Assembly: GCA_040954595.2 (NCBI GenBank)
Contig: CM082585.2
Location: forward strand, 10,891,995-10,955,994
Source of the DNA: Balanoglossus misakiensis
Taxonomy: Eukaryota; Animalia; Hemichordata
Reading direction: 5' to 3'
DNA: 64,000 bases
In this document: in pieces, positions 51,936-64,000 of the stretch
Position numbering within the stretch: position 1 is the stretch's first letter
Layout: the number at the start of each line of letters is the position of its first letter
Notes under the pieces: model-generated
The model's input: only the letters and a program-made list of their open reading frames with translations
The model's database searches: none
What the model was told of the DNA's origin: nothing
Program-made: the position numbers and the translations under genes

Positions 51936-53063
51936 ATGAGGGCGTCCTGCAGAGTCCTTGCTTTCCACCTCACATTTAGCTTCGTCATCATTTTCTGTGT
52001 ATGTTGGGCTCACGACGAAGAGTATCATTTCTTCCCGAACCCTCAAGTCGACCATTACCGCTGTGGGCGGAGGGGCCAGGAATCCTGGATCTGTGACCCG
52101 GAAAGAGTTCTATCATACGAAGATGGTAAGAAAGGTGTCGTTGGTTGTTTGGTTTTCTGTTCTCCAAGGATTCGGCGCAAAGACATGTTTTTTGTACATT
52201 ATCGTGTTTTCCGTGTTTCACTGAAGCTCATTCAATATCTTGTCCTTCTCAGCAAATGAAATTGACGGAATTCTACGGTCGATCCGAAATGACACCGGAT
52301 GCTCACAGTGCGCTGTCTGCAAGGAAGAGCAACATGGTTACACAGTTTCAGTGGCCATTGTCAAAGATGCTGTCGACGGTTTGAGGTGAGCAGACGTGAG
52401 GGAGAGAGCGGGGGGGGGGGAGAAGAGGGAGAGAGAGAGTTGCACAAGACGGAGACATAGCTTAAAGATGTAAAATGATTTCGGAGGACAACTGTTAGAA
52501 TGACACTTTTTGATTTTCACCACGGTCACAGTTAGACTCAGGAGACTTTTGCGTCTGAATGTCTCCCTCGCTCATTCGAGTATTTTGTGATTCTTGCAGC
52601 ACCAGTGGATTCGCCAAATACTTGTTGCACGAGTGGAATTATGGCAACTGTAGAGATGACGTGGTTATAGTTTTGGCGGCAAAGACCAGACAGGTAAAAG
52701 ACTAGTTCTTCAGAACTGTATTAACTCCGCCAGCATTCACCTGACTTTTGTACTATTTACTTCGTTTTTGTTTCTGTCTATCCCCGCCAGGTTTACTCTG
52801 CGGTCGGGCTGACTGCTGAAAAGCCACTCGAATATGGTGTTTACCAGGACAACATACACGAGAAAGTCGACCCAGTGATCAAGTTGGGGGATTTTGCAGA
52901 TGGTCTTCGCATAATGACCACTGAATACCGGGCTGCTTTCCTGGGGAGATATAAATACACAGCCTCGTTCCCGTTGTGGCCGATTGTTCATATATGTACG
53001 GCGGCTGCCATGATCAGTCTTTGTCTGATCGTCGTCTGCTGGTGCAAACGAGGCTCTCTTTAA
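51936..53063 (+). CDS. MOLO-1-like (modulator of levamisole receptor, TPM-fold) single-pass membrane protein, 4 coding exons
   Basis: Exons 51936-52125, 52253-52385, 52600-52693, 52791-53063, phase-consistent. Signal peptide, then FPNPQ...RCGR...SWICDPERVLS, GYTVSVAIV, FAKYLLHEWNYGNCRDDVVIV, GDFADGL and a C-terminal TM helix, matching the MOLO1 domain pattern. Confidence 0.85.
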
Positions 53064-54170
53064 AGGCCATTTATGCAAATTCAGCCGCACTTACAATTGA
53101 ACAATGAGATGTAGCCAATCACAGTTTTTTCGCGGGGTGTCAACCATATACATTGTATGGGAATATGTAAATTAAAGGTGATCGTATTCTCTAAGTCAGC
53201 ATTCAGAACGGTGTCTTTCTTGGTGAACTTAACTGCATTTTCCTTTTATTTTTTTCCCTGCGTGTCATGTTTTGAAATAAATACCAACATTTGTGGATAA
53301 CTTCTTTTCACGTCGACTTCATCCGTTCGCCCGTCTTTGTTTCGCGAGACCGTCGAGGGGGCATGGGCGTACAACACGTAAACAGCCACGTGCACGGTGT
53401 ATACGTGGGCTGTGAGTCTAATGAGTATGTAATTGCATCCCTGTTGAAAAACATAACCTTTCCATATTTGTGCAACCATGGAAACGCTTTTGCGGACATA
53501 TCCGAGGAAGAGAGGCAACGTTTCGCGCTTTTTCTCCACTGATAAGACGCGAGGGAAAGCACACAAATCCATGATCTCATTCCAATCACAAATGCACCAG
53601 GAAATTTTCGGCGTTTTTTCGATAATTGGTCTAGACTATTCACATGCAAATTTACCGGAGATAAGAATAATCTGTACATGTATATGATTGCGTTTATCAT
53701 GCCAGGATCCGGATCGAGGGTCAATATTAAACATTACGCCATCTTTAGTTGAGTGTGATACCAGTAGGCACCATATGTAGGTACAGTCCTGCGGGTACAG
53801 CCACCTGTTGATGTTGGCCGGAACGAACGTGCTGGAAATAGCCTTCCATCTGGTTTGTCCTTTGGCTATCCCGTAAAATCACGCGTGGAGTGACCGAGAT
53901 GTGAGAGCGAGGTGGGACATGCCCATTACTGAGTCACGAAGAGACTTTTCGCACGCAAATGAGACATTGATCAGAAGGGCCTTAATTGACCGGTGCCTCT
54001 TTCTTTATCACAGATTACCGGAGGTGAGTTTGCAATATAAGCTTATAAGGAGAACACCTAGTCTAACGTGTTAGGTGATACGTGGACTGTTGTGGTGCTT
54101 GGTGTTGAAGGCACACCTTGTTAGCCTTCGAATGGAGAGAGTATATTACGTAATAACAACGATCGGGTAA

Positions 54171-55658
54171 ATGGAAAACATGCGAACGCGACGATACATG
54201 TGCTGTTTAGTTGTGTTGACCGTTCTGAATTTTCCTATAACGTATATATGGATACGCCTACTTAATTCACCAAAAGCCAACGATGACCCAGCACAGAGAA
54301 GTCAGCAACTGGACAGTCTGAAGGAGTACGGTATCGCCGGAGGATCGAACAACCTCACGGAAGGTTACAGACGCCATAATGACCCGAGAGATGGACAAAA
54401 GTCTGTCTTATCTGACCGGGAAGAGAAACGAGGCGTGCTCGCCGAAGCCATGCGACACATAAACAATACTCTCATAGGTATTGATGACGTAAAGGTTCTC
54501 CTGAAAGAACACCACGACGAACAACAGGACTTCTTAAAGAAAATTTTGGACTTGAGCGTAAAACAACAGCGAAGCGTTAATGATGACAAAGCGCCGTATA
54601 ATGACAGAATGGCCGACGGTCACGGAAACCAAGCAGGTGAGAAAGAGACAGTACACGTTAATGTTCTTGTCATGGCCAGTATGCGAACCGGTTCATCCTT
54701 TGTTGGCGAGCTTTTCAAACAAAACCCAGAGTTTATATATATCTTCGAGCCACTCAGGGCTTTGAAGCTAGACGACAATGACCCAATGCTACCAGTGTTA
54801 GGTATAGAAATGTTGGAGGATATTTACCGGTGCAATTTTACGACGAAGCCAACAAAGGATTTTTTGGCCAGGCTATACAATCCCCGGATAAAGCCTGGTA
54901 AAAGGGACATTGTCCGCGCCTGGGTGGATCAACTTGTTGACGCGGGAGAGTCCTGTGATTATGGTGACCACTCGTGTTTTATTATGACACCCAAGCACGC
55001 CTCTGAGTCTTGCGAGGGATTCAGACACAGGGGTATAAAATCCATTCGAATACAGGACTTGAATTTGGTGGTGTACCTGATGAACTTGGCTGATATTCGA
55101 CTCAAAGTCATCAATGTTTTGCGTGACCCCAGGGCCATGATGGCGTCTGTGATACCCCTTTATCGAAGCAACTACAACAAGGCTTCGAGAAAGGCGACTC
55201 ATTACACGCTGACCAAGGCGCACATGGACGACGCCCTTCGACTCAGACTGAATACCTACTGCTCATCGATGATGAGGAATTTCCTGTTGGGCACCAAAGG
55301 CACCTGGATGCCCAGGGAGAGGTATTTGCCGCTCCGCTACGAGGACATGGCTGCAGCACCTTTCGATGTAGCCCGCGAAATCTTCGATTTCCTCGGAGTA
55401 AAATTACACGAAAACGTCATCAAATGGCTCGAGAAAAACACGGTTGCAGACATGAAAGCCGACCATGCGCTGTATGCCTACAAGACTACCAGAAACTCGA
55501 CAGTAGCCTCGCAGGCTTGGAGGACGCGGATGACATTTGATCTTGCCAAAGAGATCGAAAATACTGGCGACTGTGGCCGTTTCATGGATTTGCTGCGATA
55601 TAGAAAAGTTGAAAGCGAAGAACTGTTGAAAAATGTTTCATTTCCGTTGACACTTTAA
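54171..55658 (+). CDS. Golgi carbohydrate 6-O-sulfotransferase (CHST1/CHST3-like), single exon, 495 aa
   Basis: Type II membrane anchor and long stem. 5'-PSB motif MRTGSSFVGELF, YIFEPL, 3'-PB motif VLRDPRAMMAS, RYEDMA, AWR. Confidence 0.93.
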   Translation: MENMRTRRYMCCLVVLTVLNFPITYIWIRLLNSPKANDDPAQRSQQLDSLKEYGIAGGSNNLTEGYRRHNDPRDGQKSVLSDREEKRGVLAEAMRHINNTLIGIDDVKVLLKEHHDEQQDFLKKILDLSVKQQRSVNDDKAPYNDRMADGHGNQAGEKETVHVNVLVMASMRTGSSFVGELFKQNPEFIYIFEPLRALKLDDNDPMLPVLGIEMLEDIYRCNFTTKPTKDFLARLYNPRIKPGKRDIVRAWVDQLVDAGESCDYGDHSCFIMTPKHASESCEGFRHRGIKSIRIQDLNLVVYLMNLADIRLKVINVLRDPRAMMASVIPLYRSNYNKASRKATHYTLTKAHMDDALRLRLNTYCSSMMRNFLLGTKGTWMPRERYLPLRYEDMAAAPFDVAREIFDFLGVKLHENVIKWLEKNTVADMKADHALYAYKTTRNSTVASQAWRTRMTFDLAKEIENTGDCGRFMDLLRYRKVESEELLKNVSFPLTL

Positions 55659-56375
55659 CCTCACCGTGTAATAAATAATATCCGAGTCTTTATACAGCTT
55701 GTCTAGTTTAATATTTTATAAAATGTTGCCAAAGTTTTATTTCTTCATAGATGCCACTCTGTACTAAACCGAACACTTTGAATAGTTGATTTTCAGAACT
55801 ATATCGTACCATATTGTCTATGCTCGCACGTAGTACTGTTGATATGGTATCAATATCGCGGTCGTTGAGTCGAAGGTCATGAAGGGCTTATACATAAATC
55901 TGGTTCCTGCATGACAATTGTTTGCGCAACGAAATAATCAGCAGGTGTAGGCCAAAGGTGCAGTTGGCAAGATTAGCCAAATGTCAATCGTTGGCAATAC
56001 TGAAACAAGCTGTCGATTTTATTGAAACCGAAAGTAATGGCACTGGCTAAATAAATTGCTTTACAATGCACCTTTTTTTCAAATAGGAGCAGGTGAAACA
56101 CAAGAAAACTAAGCCAGAGTGTTTGGCTCAAAGCAATCTGTTCAAAATGTATACTTTTTCAGAACAACGTTCTACAGACAAAACAAAGATGAAAGATGTA
56201 ATGGTAAGAAGATTTAATTATCAAAACAAACAGCAAACGGACAAGAAATGAGAACGGTATCCGACAGAGAAATATGAACATCAATGTAGCCGACTTTTCA
56301 GCTGATTTGGTTTCAGTTGTAGCGCCGCCAACGACCAAAGAAAACGTGCCAGAGTCAAGACGACTGAGCTCAACA

Positions 56376-59300
56376 TTAGAGTCTCGATTCTTCTAACAGT
56401 CTCTCGTCGACCGTGGAAGACACGAATTCCTCAGCAGTTTTGTCTTTCGACATTGGCTTCAGAGCGAATTCACAGGTTTTTCTGTCTTTCGGAGGATTGA
56501 TGTACTTCTTCACAGGTGCAAACATCACCTTTCTACTCTTTTTCCTTTTGTGTCTCAATCTGAAAGATGTGAAAGATATCAGACAGGCTGGTTATGTTGA
56601 GCTGAAGAATCCCAAGACAGCGCTACGCAATCATATTGCGTTGAGCCAAAGCTGACCAGAATGACATTCGAAAAAACTGAGTTTGTGTCAAATTATTAAG
56701 TATCATGATTTAATTGCTTTCCTGTCCAGATTTCGAGTCAAAATTTTCAGTTGACAAAAAACGAAGATTGCAATATTATGTTTGAGCATTCTAGATATTT
56801 TTCATTAATGAAATATTGATGATCTCCATTGAATATCCATTAGACATACGTACTTCTTCTCAACGTCCTCGACTGTTGTTGGCAGGTGTCTGTTTTGAGT
56901 CTCGGGCAGCCACAGGATGAACACTCCGGCCGATATGGCGACGCTGCCGTAGACAATGAAAGGCCCTGGTCTCCAGTAATTGGAGATGAGAAACACAAAC
57001 GGGGATGCTATTCCGCCCAACCGTGCCACGCTCACTGCTGCGCCAATGCCGGTGCCCCTGAAGAGACAAAGGTGTCGTGAGATTGATCTATTGAGAGTTG
57101 TCCAGACAGGCAGGCAGGCAGACAAACAAACAAGTCGAATATATACCGACAAAGAGTAGCAACATACCTGAGTATTGTAGGATATAATTCCGTGGCGTAG
57201 ATCCATGAAGAATAAAACGCAGCTGCAGCCCCCATCTTGCCGATCATTGCAAATACGATCGATGCGATGATGAAAGCCTGTGATACTGAACAAAATATTC
57301 AAGTAGGAAATTACAAACTACCTATTCTAGTTTCAGACAAAGCTTGACTGTATTACTAGGCAACCAACCCGTTACTATGGTAATCAACCAAGTCTCGCGA
57401 GATCTCGCCAAGAGCAAAAAAAAATCATCTATTATACCTCTAGGCACGAGAGAAGATGTTATGCAGCCGACACCCGCTATAAGAAAGTAAAGGCACAGCG
57501 ATTTCGGTCGCCCCATCCTTTCCGTCAGCACCATCGCCAAGAGAGTAGCGGGGACATCTAAGATAGCTGATATGCTGAAATTGATGTATTGATTACCCGG
57601 AAGTAGATCCATGTTCAGGGTCACGCCATAGAACACTAAACAAGATGCGCTCCTGAAGAAAAGGCAGGAAGTATCATGGCAAAGTGATTTAAAAAGTTGA
57701 TGAAGTAGATCACATTTTATGTCAAAATCCGGATCAAATGGATTTGACTAATTGATTGATTGATTGCGCAATCAGAACTCGAGCCCGGCTCCAAAGTCAG
57801 CATTAAAAGGTGAAAGCAGTCATACCAGTGATATAATATATTCAAAGTGATTTTCCTGAGTCTCGGTGTCCGCAGTAAATCAAAGACGGTGTAACCAGGG
57901 TCGCCTTCCTTCCCCTTCTTGGGAACGTCCAATTCTATCTTCCACGAACCTTGCATAGGTAACTAAATGACAACAACAACAAGCGTTAGGTTAGCGCAAG
58001 TTTTATCAACGTTCATGATCAGACAGAAATGATCGATCTTTTGTTTTGGTGTGCAGTGACGGTGATGATACAAAGAAAAAAATCAGAGACAGATGAGCAC
58101 ATACCAAAGGACGGAGATCTGCTTTGTTTATCCTCGCGGCTTTCATTATTATCACCTCTGCCTCTTTGATGCGACCCTGTGATAACAACCACCTCGGTGA
58201 TTCCGGAATAAACCTGAAAAGAACAACGCATAAATCTCAAAGTTTATATTTTGCTATTGCTGAGTGTTATTTCGAGAGAAACTGGCTTGTTTCGTGAATA
58301 GCTCAGCTGAGGTTAGTCCGGTATCATCTGAAGATCATTTTCTTGATCAATCGTCTTGAGCTATTTCATAGTTAAGAAGTGTTATTGCTGAAAGTATTGT
58401 TTCTTTAATAAATAACTCACACATACCACCAATATGCAAGAAGAGTGCTCTGTGGTATGCTGATGAGAAGTTGCAGCGCCCTCCAGTGGCGAACGAAATA
58501 GGCAATACCCGTCAACGCGAGAATGAAGAGGGAAGCAAAGCAGGATATCGTGCAACCGACAAATGTTCGCATCGATGGACCGACCCATTCCTGAACTGAA
58601 GCATATGTATTAGAAATTGTAAGAATCTGATTGAAATTCATCAAGAGAGACGTGATGCTGTGTGGTGGTGGTTACAGTGGTGATAGCTTTCAGGCCGACT
58701 TCTGCAACAATGCATATACTCACCATAAATGTAGCTAGCAGAAAATACACTGCAGAACGTCATACCAGTGATAAACTGGAATGCGACGAACAATTGAAAG
58801 AATGGCGACAAGGCAGTGCCGATTCCCGCCAAAATGTTTACAACCAGTCCGATAAATATCACCGGGCGTCGACCGAACCTGACAAATACAGCAGAGGATA
58901 AATTCAAGACTTATTTCATTGGAATGGAAGTCTCATTCTGGAAGCGGTACTATCAGACGTACCGAGCTTGTCCTTTTAAAATTTACGTCTTCGATCTGAA
59001 TCAGAGACATAAATTTCAGGGAAGTAAAGTTTTAAAGAGAAGGTCAACAAGCTTTAATGATCCAGTCACTGTATCGGAGAATAGTAACCGAGCGACTGCT
59101 CTTTTTGAACAGGATGTTATCAGAACTTCACATTTTTATTCTTGGCCTTCAAGACTGCAAAGGGCCACAATGCAATGCTCGGATCAGAGATCCAAATGTT
59201 CGCCATTTTGTTTCATAGGTGCAACATTAGTTTTAATTTATCAAAACATAATTTCCATATTCTATTTAATGATGGTCTCACCTATCGCATAGTGGACTGA

Positions 59301-59385
59301 GTAGAAGAGATCCAACAAGACCGCCAGCAATAACAGATGATCTGGCAACCTCACGTAGCCAGGCTCGTTCGCAGACAAGGTCCCA
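56376..59385 (-). CDS. SLC22 organic cation/anion transporter (MFS), 5'-partial
   Basis: Exons 59282-59385 (WDLVC...DR), 58724-58878 (FGRRP), 58427-58595, 58105-58213 (PESPRWL), 57826-57962 (DLLRTPRLR), 57438-57652 (GRPK), 57168-57285 (ELYPTILR), 56854-57057 (LPET), 56376-56559, all in phase. The first coding exon is not found up to position 64000. Confidence 0.93.
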
Positions 59386-60528
59386 CTGCAATGTGAATAT
59401 GGAAGAAAACTGCAATGAAATTTGCGCTGTAAATTGTTATCTGTCTATATCTAACTGTACACCTTGATTATTGCTCTAACTGTGGTTATTCAAGCATCGA
59501 GTCAATGATGTAGATGCATAGACATACAGAAATTATTGCTTGCAGAGCATGCATATATTAATACCCAAGTGTATTTTTGTAAATGTGAGCAGTTTTACAT
59601 ATTGTGTTGATTAATATCTTCTCATATTCGTTTCTCAGACAAAATGGATACAACTGTCTTTCAACTGAATGTTTGGCTATCGTGACGTGCAAGATCAACC
59701 TCGCTTCTTGGGTGAGCCTTTAAGTTGATTTAATCTTATTTCTAGTACCTGTGACTGGCACTGTTCAAGAAATGCGGAGATTAATCAAATCATGGTTTCT
59801 TTATGGGCTTTTACGTTCAATACAACATGGGCAGAGGTTTTATGCCCCTTAGAACGGAAGTCGTTTTCCTGAGCGATAGAGACATCAATCTAAAGTATAG
59901 CAACTAGGAATGCTGAGAATAATGCCGTGTTTTCGTACCCTTTGAGTAGGGAGAGTCAATCGGGTCAATCAAATTAAGCGGCGAGATTACACGCATCCTC
60001 GCGAGAATGAAACTTTTCTGGCGGAGATATCTGTCGTGATGCTATCAGTGTGTGCAAACCAGCTGAGGTTTTAATGACCGAAGTCAGGCCGGAATATATT
60101 TGAAAGAGAGAATCGTCTTTTCAGTGGCTTTGCATGATGGCGAATATAATCCTTTTAATCAGAAAACAAGAAAAGAAGCTTAACTTTTTTCAGTCCCGCT
60201 ATTCAAATTGATAAGCCTTCTCAAGGGTGAACACAGCGCAGAATTAAAGCAACGTTCTCACGTCGACGATCGACGAAGGAAAATAATCAATAGGAAATAC
60301 AGGTACTTCAGACCTGGTAGAGAATGTTTCGCCAAATCTTTAATTATTATTGCTCTGGGTTTAAAAGATTCGCGAATAGCCATCAAACCTCTAGGACAAA
60401 TAGGCCTTACGTGTTGTTATGGCCAGGCGTAATGCCACTTATAATGTAATTCTCACTACCTTAAATGTATTTGGCTACCTAGGTTAGTGAGAAGAATCTT
60501 CTATGGTCAACAGCATATCAAGTTCCAT

Positions 60529-60714
<186 letters not shown>

Positions 60715-63700
60715 ATATGACATAACTGTCAGTCATGTAAAATCGGTAACTATGTCTGTATATTTTGTAAAACAGTAGACAGACTACAAGTATCCCCAAA
60801 GGAGATTAAAGCTTACATAAATTGAAGAGAGATGTGAGACTGGTATTTTAATAAGTGAATCTTGTCAGTCTTGTAATCTTTCATGAATTCATGTCACGTC
60901 TGTTTCAATCGCGATGTAATTTTACCCAATCCACGTATGATTTACCCCTAACGAATGGATTTCCAAGTGTCATTATTGCCTGTCACTGTTCCCATGGCTA
61001 CTTAGTTTGGCGCCAACACACACACACACTTTGTGTCCATTGACAATGCCGCCAGAACATAAACATCCTGCCGCACATCAGTTTATCTGTAATATTGACA
61101 TTCCATACTGAGTTGGGCTGACACTCCCCGTGTCAAAATGGTCCGGTTTGGTTTTGGTTTGATTGTACAGCGAAGCAGTGTATGAGCGTTTCAGCATCAC
61201 GATGCAACAATGATAATCGATCGAAGAGGAATGATGCTAGCGAAAAACTCTTTCCGCTTCCTTTCTTCATTGTATAGACCGTCATCTTATACGAGTATCG
61301 TCGTTATCTATCAGAATTACTAAACATGCAGGCTTAAACAGACACTTTAAAATGAGATTTAAACGCTTACATGTACGATGAAGCATAAATTCAGAGTATA
61401 TATAATTCCGAGCGCGAGTAGGGTTAAAGGGTAGGATTACTATTCAATAAGAGTATGACACAGTATCCACTGCTTTGATGTACATGTACACGGATTAAAT
61501 TTAAACATAATATGGAACTGTGAGAAAAATTGCCACTTTGTTCTCGTTGTAGAACATTCTCAAAAGACGAAGCAAATATTGTCATTGTCATGTCACTGTG
61601 ACTTTAAATGGCGAACTGTGTTATATGTGACAGTAGTACATTTCCGGCTCGGCAGTTTTGAAAACGTTAACACTCGTTGACTGTAACAGATGACCCCATT
61701 TAATCCGTAATAATACGGCCTTGTGACAATTTTTCGGGATAACACTAGAAAATGCACCAATAATTTTCTGTTCGAATGCAGACTTTCTAGAGACTTGTTT
61801 ATTCGTTTTACTTGACGCAGTCATGCCGTGGGCGTTCCAGCATATTGAGCCTACGCCTATATATTAAGACTTTCAACATCAAAGGACTGTTTCTATGGCG
61901 ATTGAAAATAAGCAATGCTTCAGCTATTGTCTTCCTATAAAACTATCGTTTCTGTGGTTACTGTTACTCTATCCAGTCTTTGGTTTCCGTATTCTCATGT
62001 GTCTCACGAGATAAATTTCATGGAGTCAGTCAGCGCATGCTGTGCCATCTAATGGAGTTTAGGGAGATCTTAAATTATTATCAAAATGATGAGGAAATCA
62101 CACCGGACACAATCCCCAGCATGTTTGGAACTCGTCCTGAAGGTATGGCAGCGTGAATCAAATTTTAATCTCATATCCGAAAGCAAGGAACCATCAGAGC
62201 AAGATTTGATGATTTTTTAAAGCATGGATGCCCACACGCATGTTGTGTTTTGTGTGTGTGTGGAAACATCCTGAAGAGGTGAAACAACTGATTATATGAT
62301 AATTCTAAAACATGTTTTCATATCTGTGGCCTGTTTTGTTATAAAAACATACTCAAAAGACACATTCACTATTTTATTCCATATTAATATTGCTTATGAA
62401 CTGTTCATAGCCTATTGTTATCCCAATTACTTCAATTTTGTAGTTGTGATTGCAGTCCACAGACACTCGGTTGATTATTGCGGTGGGTAATTACATAAAT
62501 GTGATTCATTCGGCCTTTGTCTCTTTTAAACTTTCCTTGAGGGACTATCACAGGCGATGGTTGAGGGAGGACGAACACGCGCAATGTGCCTAAATTATTC
62601 TAGAATGAACAATGAAATTCCCAGAAATTATCAATAAAATAACATTCAATTTAATAAAGCAATTCTGCCTATGCCTGCTCCTTTTAAATATCCCTAAAAT
62701 TTCCTTAAAGTGTGAGAATATTTTAATTTTTCTAATTGAAAGTTGATACGGCGTAATTAGTGAGAAGTTTCGAAAAAAGTCCTGGCTTTATTTTTTTAAA
62801 ATAATGGAGTCATTACGACTGACGCTGAATGTAATTAATACGCTCGCAATAACGGCTTCCCTGAAGGGGTAACGTCCAGGTTTTGAATTTCTAGTCCTTG
62901 CTCAGTTTCAATCGGTAGTCGCTATGGCAACGGGTTGAACCACGTTCATTTAGCAGAAAATTGGAGTTTTCTTAATGTTAAGATGCGAAGTCAACATTTA
63001 TTTAGATAGTCTGTTTTATGATTATGAGCAAAGTCTGCTCGTTGTCGAAAAATTGCAAAATAAAGGTGGATTAGAAAATATTTTCATACTTTATAGCAGC
63101 TGTCTTATTGCATGTATTTAGATGAGTTTTTTTCCGGAATTGACTCAACAAAAGTGAGTTGAAGCTTTGCCCATTTGTTAACGCCATATTATTGACAGAC
63201 GATAATTTAGATTGACGTCGCTGACATAATTAGTAGAGCATGTACCGGGTGTTAATCGCGGTTGATGGACAAGTGTCAGATTTTTTATTCGGAGATAGTA
63301 CACTAGAGAATAATAGTCGACTCGAACCATATGGATAATATTGACACACCTCGTTATCGTATCAAAGAATAGCCTTAATACCATATGAAGTTCCGAATCA
63401 CTAGATTGAAAACATTGAGGTTACAGACATTTTTCATGGTGAATATTCGCGGAAGTACAGTGTTTGTCGCATCGTTTTCAAATTTTAAATCCTTTTCTTG
63501 CCAATACAGTCTAGCAGAAGCCATAACGTTTATATATGTTAGCATTGGCACTGGTGAAGTTTCACATTAGATGGTTTTGATGAAAAGATATCACTTCCGG
63601 GTTCTAGCGCGAGCTATACCCAGTTTACGCTGATTAAATTGAATGTAATATTGGTTGTAGCACTATTCTGTACGTAGTTGATAAAAAGTGCACTTGGCAA

Positions 63701-64000
63701 AAGGTTGCAGCAATGTCAAAGTCAACAGCACGGTTCCTTTACGGCCCATTTAACGACGCCAGCAGGATTTCTTATTAGCGTAGAACATACAGAATATATC
63801 ACCCGATTGTAAGGTTTCTTCAGCTCAAACACCGTTCGCTCGCGGCATCGAGACCTAATGACCTCCTTCTACACAAGGTTGGCGATTGATCAGATCGGCC
63901 AATTTAATGCACATTCTTATTCAAGCCTGCTCAAAACCATACTCTAGCTTCTTAACACCATGTAGTACGAGTTTCATGTCTCTAATGGTTAAACCGATGT

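Overview
AT-rich, intron-containing animal genomic DNA. Gene content and repeat style suggest a marine invertebrate deuterostome such as a hemichordate or echinoderm (inference). By splicing exons by hand I can support 13 protein-coding genes. In order: Rubicon (-, 3' end probably off the left edge), head-to-head with a cAMP-receptor-like/GPR157-type GPCR (+); an intronless class A GPCR (+); a laccase-type multicopper oxidase with a likely GPI tail (-); WDR53 (+); SLC25A14/30 (+), which has a clear U12 minor intron; four tandem paralogs of a small membrane protein that I cannot assign to a known family (-); a MOLO-1/TPM-domain protein (+); a carbohydrate 6-O-sulfotransferase (+); and an SLC22 transporter (-, first exon not in the window). 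Repeats include a TTAA-flanked foldback MITE, a second hairpin element, very short palindromic insertions with 7-bp flanking duplications, and microsatellites. The best novelty candidate is the four-gene cluster at about 41.1-50.2 kb. Each protein has a PPxY-rich N-terminus, an invariant 7-Cys module and a long C-terminal hydrophobic anchor, and the module is invisible in the ORF track. No database searches were run; all family calls come from motif recognition.
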